Part shown: positions 25,144 to 32,085 of the stretch, one piece after another
Numbering within the stretch: position 1 is the first letter of the stretch
How the letters are laid out: each line of letters opens with the position of its first letter
Assembly: GCA_035540075.1 (NCBI GenBank)
Contig: DATLHD010000090.1
Location: forward strand, 1-35,413
From: Gemmatimonadales bacterium
GTDB taxonomy: Bacteria > Gemmatimonadota > Gemmatimonadetes > Gemmatimonadales > GWC2-71-9
Direction: 5' to 3'
Length of the DNA: 35,413 nucleotides
Notes under the pieces: generated by a model
The model's input: the letters and a program-made list of their open reading frames with translations, nothing else
Told to the model about the DNA's origin: nothing
Databases searched by the model: none
Made by a program: the position numbers and the translations under genes

Positions 25144-25209
25144 GTCATCCCGAGCGAAGCGAGGGATCTTGCCAGTGCGAGCAAGGTCCCTCGCTTCGCT
25201 CGGGATGAC
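25144..25209. repeat. REP-like palindromic element, copy 3 (66 bp, best preserved)
   Basis: GTCATCCCGAGCGAAGCGAGGGATCTTGC-cagtgcga-GCAAGGTCCCTCGCTTCGCTCGGGATGAC: 29-nt arms with 1 mismatch. Lies between the (frame-corrected) 3' end of the DUF2339 gene (25217) and the start of the Tat-ORF/amidase operon (25126). Confidence 0.9.
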
Positions 25210-25272
25210 GTTTTGGCTACGGTGTCCCCTCGGACCGATCGTTGCGGTAGTAGACGTATGCCAGCGACAGCA

Positions 25273-27069
25273 TCACGAGCCCGAGCAGGAAGACCGATCC
25301 CACCGGTACAGCGCATCCAGCGACGACAGGTCGTGGATCACCACCTTGGCGACCGCGAGGCCGGCCACGGCGAGCCCCGCGAGCCGGAGTTGCTTGAGCG
25401 ATCGCCGGAACCCGACCAGCACCAGCGCCGCGGCGAACACCATCCACCACGCGCTCACCGCCAGCCCCGAGGCCAGCTCGGCTCTCACCCGCGAGAGGCT
25501 CTCCAGATCGAAGTAGCGCCGGATCTCCACGGTCACGCCGAAGAGCAGCAGCAGGCCGGCCATGATCCGCAGGCCCGAGCGTGCCAGTCGCGCTTCACCT
25601 TCGTCCGGCCGAGCCTTCAGAAGCCCTCCGGCCAGCGCCACCGCCACGCCGGTCATGCCCCAAAGCGCCAGCGCCCAGGATCCGGTGAACGCCGCGTCCC
25701 CGGCGGTGCGCGCCGCCAGGGCCTCATTCATCAGCTGGTTCAGCGCCGCGGCCCAGGTGAGACATGCGTACCAGCGGCCGTCAGCTCGGTCGAGAACGTG
25801 ATCCAGCGCGGCCCAGAGGAGCGCAAGACCCAACAGGGCCCACGTCTCCGCGGTGCCGCTCCACTGCGCCTGCGCGGCGATCGCCGCCGCGGCAACGCCG
25901 ACGAGTGCGAACGGCGGGCGCGGCCGGACGTAGCCGGCGATGAGATAGGGGATCGCGACCAGAAGGCTCAGGAGGCCGGGGACCCGATCGAACCGGTCGG
26001 GCGCGAGGCCGTAGGTCGCCCAGCCGAGGAGGACCGGAGTGGTGAAGAAGTAGAGCGCCTCCCCCAGCGACCATCCTCCGGCCGTGCCCGCCCCCGACCG
26101 GAACGGCAGCACTTTCGGGTGCCTGAGCGCGTGCCACCAGACCGGCGCCGACAAGCCCAGCCCGGCGGTGAATACCGGCCAATGAGGCCCCATGCGCTCG
26201 CTCGCCGCCGCCAGCAGGGCCCAGCCGCCGGTGAACGCGAGGAACCGCGTCTCCCCCCAGCGCTCGCTCAGCCCGACGTACAGTCCGACCGCGCCGCCGA
26301 GCACGCCGTACAGGAGCAGTCCCCAGGGCTCGGCCGACTCACGCGCCCCCGCGATGGCGACGCCGAAATAGCTCGCCGCCACCACCAGCATGGCGAGGCG
26401 CCACCGCCGCCGTGCCGCGACCAGTCCCAGGCCCGCCGCCATGCAGGCGAGGTACAGGAGCAGCAGGTTCGCATTGGCCTCGTCCCGGCCGAGCAGCACC
26501 GGGGCCATGAAGGCGCCCAGCGCGGCGGTGATACCAAGGACCTCGACGTCGACCGCGTAGGCGATGACGGCCAGCGCGACCGAGACGAGCGCGAGGCCGA
26601 CGATGCCCGTGGTGGGAGGAATCACCTCGTACAGCCGGCAGGCGGCCCACACACTGAGGTAGATGATGCCGGCGCCGCAGCCGACCAGCGCGGCGCCGTA
26701 GGTGCGGTAGCGCTGGTGCAGCCGCCACCCGATGGCGCCCACGATCCCACCCAGCAGCGCACCACCAATGCAGCGCATGACGGGCGGGATCCAGCCGCGC
26801 TCGAAGCTGAGCTTGAGGAGATATCCGGTCGCCATCAGCAGGGCGACGACGCCGACCGCAAGCAGCCCGCGCTGGCCGATCCACCGCTCGTCGATGCTGA
26901 CCGCGCTCGCGGGGACGACGCGTCGCGGCGGAGGTGTGGGCCGAGCAAGCTCGAGTGGCGGCGGCGGCTGGGCGGCAGGTCTTTCCTCGACCTCGTGCGA
27001 CGCACGCACCAGCGCCTCCAGTACCTCCACCCTGCGCTCCAGGCGTTCCAGCCGCTCGTCCGTGCTCAT
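25273..27069 (-). CDS. DUF2339-like polytopic membrane protein with N-terminal coiled-coil; apparent 1-nt frameshift near the 3' end (ancestral stop probably at 25217)
   Basis: C-terminal 598 aa of ORF 25273..27777. ATG at 27069 (MSTDERLERLERRVEVLEALV) overlaps the MFS gene TGA (ATGA). More than 15 hydrophobic segments. After ...LSSLDALYR the frame ends in WDRSSCSGS*. The adjacent frame (ORF 25217..25450) continues GSVFLLGLVMLSLAYVYYRNDRSEGTP*, a typical final TM helix. Confidence 0.75.
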   Translation of the reverse strand: MSTDERLERLERRVEVLEALVRASHEVEERPAAQPPPPLELARPTPPPRRVVPASAVSIDERWIGQRGLLAVGVVALLMATGYLLKLSFERGWIPPVMRCIGGALLGGIVGAIGWRLHQRYRTYGAALVGCGAGIIYLSVWAACRLYEVIPPTTGIVGLALVSVALAVIAYAVDVEVLGITAALGAFMAPVLLGRDEANANLLLLYLACMAAGLGLVAARRRWRLAMLVVAASYFGVAIAGARESAEPWGLLLYGVLGGAVGLYVGLSERWGETRFLAFTGGWALLAAASERMGPHWPVFTAGLGLSAPVWWHALRHPKVLPFRSGAGTAGGWSLGEALYFFTTPVLLGWATYGLAPDRFDRVPGLLSLLVAIPYLIAGYVRPRPPFALVGVAAAAIAAQAQWSGTAETWALLGLALLWAALDHVLDRADGRWYACLTWAAALNQLMNEALAARTAGDAAFTGSWALALWGMTGVAVALAGGLLKARPDEGEARLARSGLRIMAGLLLLFGVTVEIRRYFDLESLSRVRAELASGLAVSAWWMVFAAALVLVGFRRSLKQLRLAGLAVAGLAVAKVVIHDLSSLDALYRWDRSSCSGS

Positions 27070-28286
27070 GAGACGCTCGCCTTCTCCTCGGTGGAACGGT
27101 GGGAGACGCCGGGATCGACCTGTATCTGGAACGCGAGCAGCCCCACGAGAGCGACGCAGGCGCCCGCCAGGTAGAACGGCGCGCCATGGCCGAGGCGCTG
27201 GAAGGCTGCCGTCGCGAGGAGCGGGGCCGCCACGCGCGCCATGCCGGCGAAGGTCTGGGCCACTCCCATCGTGGTGCCCAGCTCGCGCGGGTCGGACTGG
27301 CGGGACATGAGCGAGGTAGTGGATGGAAACAGCAACGCGGTACCAATCGGCACAAGGGGGATCACCAGCGCGAACGTCCAGATGGAATCCGGAGCCGGGT
27401 ACAGCCACAGGCCAAGCGTCAGGGCGAGGGTTCCGAGACGCATGGTCCACAGCTCGCCGAGGCGGTGGACCACCGGCCCGAGCAGTACGCTCCGCATCAC
27501 GAAGGAGAGGCAGCCGATGTAGGTGAAGATCGGTCCGATGGTGCGCTCGTTGAGCGCGAATTCCGCGCCGAGATACAGGGCGAGCACCGAGGTCTGCGCG
27601 GAGAAGGCCAGCATGCCGATGCCGTAGATCCACAGGAGTCGGGCGAGCGGCGCGCCGGGATGGCGGATCGCGATCCACGCCGGGTGCCACACTGGACGTC
27701 GCGGCCGTTGAGGCCCGTCGTCCTTCGGCCTCGACTCGGGGAGCAGTCGCCAGGCGAAGAACACGTTCGTCAGGCACAGCGCCGCCGCCGCGAGGCCCGG
27801 CACCTCTCGGCCGAAATGCGCCGCGAAGGAGCCGATCGCCGGGCCGAACGCGACGCCCGCCGAGGTGGCCGCGGAGAGCCAGCCGAGCGCCTTGGCCCGC
27901 TCCGCAGGGGCCATCGTATCGGCTACGTAGGCCTGGGCGACACCGGTCGTGCCGCCGCCGGCGCCCTGCACCAGCCGCATGAGGAAGAGCAGCCAGAGGG
28001 TATCCGCGAACGCGAATACGCCGTAAGCGATGGCGGACGCGGTGAGCCCGATGAGCAGCGCCGGCCGGCGCCCGTACCGGTCCGAGACCCGCCCCCAGAA
28101 AGGCGCGGCCACCAGCTGAGCGATGGAGAAGGAGGCGATCAGGCCGCCGACCATCTCGGGCGAAGCCTTCAGCTCGAGGGCGTAGAACGGCAACAGCGGG
28201 AGCACGATCATGAAGCCGACCATGTCCACGAAGTTCACCGCGATCAGTACCGCGAGGCGGCGGAAACCTCCTGGCGGCGCCGTCAC
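27066..28286 (-). CDS. MFS transporter (drug/H+ antiporter-like, 12 TM)
   Basis: C-terminal 406 aa of ORF 27066..29570. GTG at 28286 overlaps the permease TGA. MFS motif A GRVSDRYGRRPALL, and LVQGAGGGTTG. Confidence 0.85.
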   Translation of the reverse strand: MTAPPGGFRRLAVLIAVNFVDMVGFMIVLPLLPFYALELKASPEMVGGLIASFSIAQLVAAPFWGRVSDRYGRRPALLIGLTASAIAYGVFAFADTLWLLFLMRLVQGAGGGTTGVAQAYVADTMAPAERAKALGWLSAATSAGVAFGPAIGSFAAHFGREVPGLAAAALCLTNVFFAWRLLPESRPKDDGPQRPRRPVWHPAWIAIRHPGAPLARLLWIYGIGMLAFSAQTSVLALYLGAEFALNERTIGPIFTYIGCLSFVMRSVLLGPVVHRLGELWTMRLGTLALTLGLWLYPAPDSIWTFALVIPLVPIGTALLFPSTTSLMSRQSDPRELGTTMGVAQTFAGMARVAAPLLATAAFQRLGHGAPFYLAGACVALVGLLAFQIQVDPGVSHRSTEEKASVS

Positions 28287-29953
28287 CCGGGCGTTCCTCC
28301 CCGTCCCTGCCCCCCCGAGCCCAGCGCGAACACCGCGCCGCTCACGAGCATGAGCACCACGCCGTATGCCGCGGCGACCCCGACGTCCGCCTGCCGCAGG
28401 CTGGAGAGGATCTCCAGCGAGATCGGCCGGGTGTCGTAGGTGTAGAGCATGATCGAGGTCACGAAGTCCCCGAACGCAGTGACGAACGCGAGGCTCGCGC
28501 CCGCGAGCAGCGCAGGCCGCAGGAGCGGCAGGGTCACCCTCAGCAGCGCCCGTCGGCGCCCCGCGCCGAGGCTGGCCGCGGCCTCGTCCAACGAGGGATC
28601 GAGGGCGCGCACGCCGGCGGAGATGGCGCGGCTCGTGATGGGCAGATTCCGGACCAGGTAGGCGAGCGGGAGGATCCAGAGGGTTCCCACCAGCACGAAG
28701 CGGCCGGCGAGCGGCTCGCGCACGCTGAAAACCGTCGCCAGCGCGATCGCGAAGACCGTCCCGGGCACCGCCCAGGGCAGGGCGAGCAGACCCTCGATGG
28801 CGCGGCGGGCACCGGTCGCGCGCCGAGCACGCAGCAGCGCTCCTGCCAGCGCCACCGCCACGGCGGCGACCGTTGCCACGGTGGCGAGCCAGAGGCTGTT
28901 CAGGAGCGGCCGCAGCCGCACGGGGTCCAGCACCAGGGTCGCGTAGTTGTCCCATGTGTAGGCCGGCGGGAGCGGCTCGGTGGTCCACGTGCCGACCGGG
29001 ACGAACGACACCAGCACGAGCGTCAGGTGCGGCAGCAGCAACAGCGTCGCGAGGCCCCAGCCCGCGAACCCCGCGAGCAGCCGCGCGAGCGGGCGCCGGA
29101 TGGCGATCCGTGTCGGTCCCGCGCCCTTCCTGCCGCCACCCCCGACCACCTCTCGCGGATCGCTCCGGAAAAGGAGCAGCGCCAGCAGCGCCATCGCGCT
29201 GAGGGAGGCGGTCTGCACCATCGCGAGCTGGTCTTCGCCGTTGAGTCTCGTCGCCACGATCTGCGTCGGCATGACGCGGAATCCGCCGCCGAACACGTAC
29301 GGCGCGCTGAAGGAGCCGAGTGCGGTCATGAAGGTGAGCAGCGCGGCGCCCGCCAGCGCGGGCCTGAGGTGGGGTATCACCACGGTCCGGAAGCTGCGCC
29401 AGCGTCCCGCCCCGAGACTCGCGGCCGCCTCCAGCTGCGACGCATCGAGCGATACCAGCGCGGCGCGGACCAGGAGATAGAAGTAGACGTACATCGAATA
29501 GGCGTGAACCAGCAGGATCGCGCCCGGGCCCTGGAGTCGCCAGGGAGGCTCCTCCAGCCCGAACAGCCACATGAGGAGCAGCGGGATGAAGCCGGTCTCA
29601 CCGTAGAGGAAGAGAAACGCGACTACGCCCACGAGTGGCGGGAGGACCGCCGGAAGCGCGACCAGCCCGCCGAGCACGCGGCCGCCGGGGAGATCGTACC
29701 GTGCCAGGAGCAGCGCGAGGGGGATCCCGATCAGTGCCGCCAGCGCCACGCTCGCGAGCGAGATCCACAGGCTACCCCAGAGCGCGCGCAGCTCCGTAGG
29801 ACGGCTCACGAACTCGCGCACGTGGGCGAGGGTCCAGCCCTCGGGGCCGCGAAGGCCCTCCACCAGCACCAGTGCCAGGGGGTAGAGCACCAGCCAGAGG
29901 AGCAGCGCGAGCAGCAGCGCCGCACCGAGCGATCCGCTGTGGGCGCGCCTCAT
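28283..29953 (-). CDS. ABC transporter permease, duplicated (two-domain) FbpB/ThiP-type
   Basis: 556 aa. Two tandem six-helix permease modules, each with an EAA-like loop (LEAAASLGAGRWRSFRTVVIP and LDEAAASLGAGRRRALLRVTLP). Confidence 0.88.
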   Translation of the reverse strand: MRRAHSGSLGAALLLALLLWLVLYPLALVLVEGLRGPEGWTLAHVREFVSRPTELRALWGSLWISLASVALAALIGIPLALLLARYDLPGGRVLGGLVALPAVLPPLVGVVAFLFLYGETGFIPLLLMWLFGLEEPPWRLQGPGAILLVHAYSMYVYFYLLVRAALVSLDASQLEAAASLGAGRWRSFRTVVIPHLRPALAGAALLTFMTALGSFSAPYVFGGGFRVMPTQIVATRLNGEDQLAMVQTASLSAMALLALLLFRSDPREVVGGGGRKGAGPTRIAIRRPLARLLAGFAGWGLATLLLLPHLTLVLVSFVPVGTWTTEPLPPAYTWDNYATLVLDPVRLRPLLNSLWLATVATVAAVAVALAGALLRARRATGARRAIEGLLALPWAVPGTVFAIALATVFSVREPLAGRFVLVGTLWILPLAYLVRNLPITSRAISAGVRALDPSLDEAAASLGAGRRRALLRVTLPLLRPALLAGASLAFVTAFGDFVTSIMLYTYDTRPISLEILSSLRQADVGVAAAYGVVLMLVSGAVFALGSGGQGRGGTPG

Positions 29954-31023
29954 ACGCCGTCCGCGGGGAAGAGATGGAGCCCTCCGGCGGCTCGACGGCT
30001 CGGCAGGATGCCCACGCGCTCACCCGGCTGCACGGCGGCTGGCGGTGCGACCACCTCTATCGTCGCACCGCCAGCCGTCACGACCGTGAAGTAGGACGAG
30101 GGTCCGGTGAATCGTCGGGTAGTCACCCTGCCGGCGATCGCCTGTGGGTCGTCACCCAGCCGAAGCGCTTCGGGCCTCACCAGCAACAGCGCCGGGCCGG
30201 GGAGCACCACCGGGTGGCCCGCCGGGCGCTCGATCTCCCACTCGACACCCTCCACCGCGATCCGGGTCCCCCACGACGTAGGCCCGAGCACAGTGACTGG
30301 CACGACACTCGATCGCCCCACGAAGCCGCCCACGAAGGGGTTGGCGGGCGCGGCGTAGAGCTCGTCCGGAGTCCCCACCTGCTCCAGCTTCCCGCTCCGC
30401 AGCACCGCCACGCGATCGCCGAGATCGAAAGCCTCATCCTGCTCGTGGGTGACGAGCACCGTGGTGATGCCGACTCGGCGGATCAGCTCCCGGATCTCCC
30501 CGCGGGTGCGCTCGCGCAGCGTGGGATCGAGATTTGAGAGCGGCTCGTCGAGCAGCAGCACGCGGGGCTCGGGTGCCAGCGCGCGCGCGAGGGCCACCCG
30601 CTGCTGCTGGCCCCCGGACAGCTGATCGATGCGGCGGCGCTCCAGTCCGGTGAGGTCGACCAGTGCCAGCGCGCGGGCGACCCGCTCCGCCAGCTCCGGG
30701 CCCTTCATGCCGAGGGACTCGAGTCCGAAGCCGACGTTGCGGCCGACGTCCAAGTGGGGGAAAAGCGCGTAGTGCTGGAAGACCATCCCGAACCGGCGGT
30801 GCACGGGCTCCACCGTCGTCACATCCTCGCCCTCGACCTGGATCCGCCCCGCGTCGGGGGTCTCGAAGCCCGCGAGGAGCCGGAGCACGGTGGTCTTGCC
30901 GCTGCCACTTGGACCGAGCAGTGCGAGCATCTCGCCTCGGGTGAGGGAGAGGGTCACGTTCTCCGCGGCGACCACGCGGTCGAAGCGCTTCGTCAGCCCC
31001 TCGACCGCGAGAAACGGCGTCAT
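29950..31023 (-). CDS. ABC transporter ATP-binding protein (FbpC/PotA-like with C-terminal TOBE-like domain)
   Basis: C-terminal 357 aa of ORF 29950..32007; ATG at 31023. Walker A GPSGSGKTT, signature LSGGQQQRVALARAL, Walker B LLLDEPLS. ATGA overlaps at both ends. Confidence 0.92.
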   Translation of the reverse strand: MTPFLAVEGLTKRFDRVVAAENVTLSLTRGEMLALLGPSGSGKTTVLRLLAGFETPDAGRIQVEGEDVTTVEPVHRRFGMVFQHYALFPHLDVGRNVGFGLESLGMKGPELAERVARALALVDLTGLERRRIDQLSGGQQQRVALARALAPEPRVLLLDEPLSNLDPTLRERTRGEIRELIRRVGITTVLVTHEQDEAFDLGDRVAVLRSGKLEQVGTPDELYAAPANPFVGGFVGRSSVVPVTVLGPTSWGTRIAVEGVEWEIERPAGHPVVLPGPALLLVRPEALRLGDDPQAIAGRVTTRRFTGPSSYFTVVTAGGATIEVVAPPAAVQPGERVGILPSRRAAGGLHLFPADGV

Positions 31024-32066
31024 CGCGACGCCATGCGGTCGCTGTCCCGCACATGCCGGTCCCAGTAGCTCATCCAGGCGGTCCCCCGCTCCGCGAGCAT
31101 CTGCCAGTCCATCGGGGCGATGACCATCTCCGCTTCCACCTCCGCGACCCAGCCCGGCACCCGGTCCGGTGGGAGATCGTGTCGCGCCGGAAGCCGGAAG
31201 ACCCGGTCGGCCGCGAGGAGCTGGGCCTCGACGCCGCCGACAAAGTCGATGAACGCCTCGGCCGCCTCCGGATGCCGGCTGCCTCGAACCAGCGCGATCG
31301 CGTCGTCGATCACGACCGTTCCGCTTCGCGGAAAGGCGTAGCCGAACGGCAGTCCCTTGGACCGGCCGATCAGGATGTCGGGCAGGTCCCAGAGCGTCAC
31401 CAGCCCTTCGGCCCGCGCCAGCTTGGCGTCCAGGATGGCCGGGTTGAGCGCGTAGGTCTTGGTCGCGGCATCGAGCCGGCGGAGCCAGGCCATGCCCTGC
31501 GCGGTATCGCCGGTCTCGCGGATGCTCCGGACCAGCACGAGTCCCCAGATGGCGCGCATGGTGCCGCTCGCCATCGGGTCGCGGATGACGATCTTGTCGC
31601 GCCACCTCGGCGCCAGCACGTCGTCCCAGTCGTGCGGCGCCTCCACGGCGGATACGACCTTGTTGTTGTAGGCGATGACGACCGGCGTCCGGTAGAGCGG
31701 CCAGTAGAGCTCTCCCGGTCCGATACCGTTGGGTCCGACCCGGTCGGCCCAGACCGGACGATACGGCTGGAGCAGTGAGTCCCGGACGGCGAGGTCGAAT
31801 GTGGTCGTCGGCCCGCCGAACCACACGTCGGCCTGCGGGTTCACCCGCTCGAACCGTACCCGGTCGAGGATCTCCTGCGAGCCCATGTCCAGCCAGCGGA
31901 CGTCGATATCCGGCCGCTCGGCCTCGAAGGCCTGCTCGAGAAGGGTGAGCTGGTCCCTGCCGTGGGGAGAGTACAACACGACCGGGATCCGGCCGTCGTT
32001 GTGGCACGCGACGAGCGCGAGCGCCACCAGGCCATGAAGGGCACGAATGTTGTCGTTTCTCCGCAT
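31020..32066 (-). CDS. ABC transporter periplasmic substrate-binding lipoprotein (family 1, Fe3+/thiamine/polyamine-type)
   Basis: 348 aa. Lipobox LALVAC. Blocks VVLYSPHGRDQ..., ADVWFGGP and typical SBP length. The substrate cannot be assigned from the sequence. Confidence 0.85.
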   Translation of the reverse strand: MRRNDNIRALHGLVALALVACHNDGRIPVVLYSPHGRDQLTLLEQAFEAERPDIDVRWLDMGSQEILDRVRFERVNPQADVWFGGPTTTFDLAVRDSLLQPYRPVWADRVGPNGIGPGELYWPLYRTPVVIAYNNKVVSAVEAPHDWDDVLAPRWRDKIVIRDPMASGTMRAIWGLVLVRSIRETGDTAQGMAWLRRLDAATKTYALNPAILDAKLARAEGLVTLWDLPDILIGRSKGLPFGYAFPRSGTVVIDDAIALVRGSRHPEAAEAFIDFVGGVEAQLLAADRVFRLPARHDLPPDRVPGWVAEVEAEMVIAPMDWQMLAERGTAWMSYWDRHVRDSDRMASR

Positions 32067-32085
32067 TCGTCAGCGCCCTTCGTGG

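Noticed and set aside
2506-25209. Possibility that the repeated GTCATCCCGAGCG... elements form a CRISPR array or MITE insertions
   Set aside because: The copies are kilobases apart, each is an internal palindrome rather than a direct repeat with spacers, and no cas genes are present. I saw no target-site duplications or terminal inverted repeats beyond the palindrome itself. REP-like is the better description.
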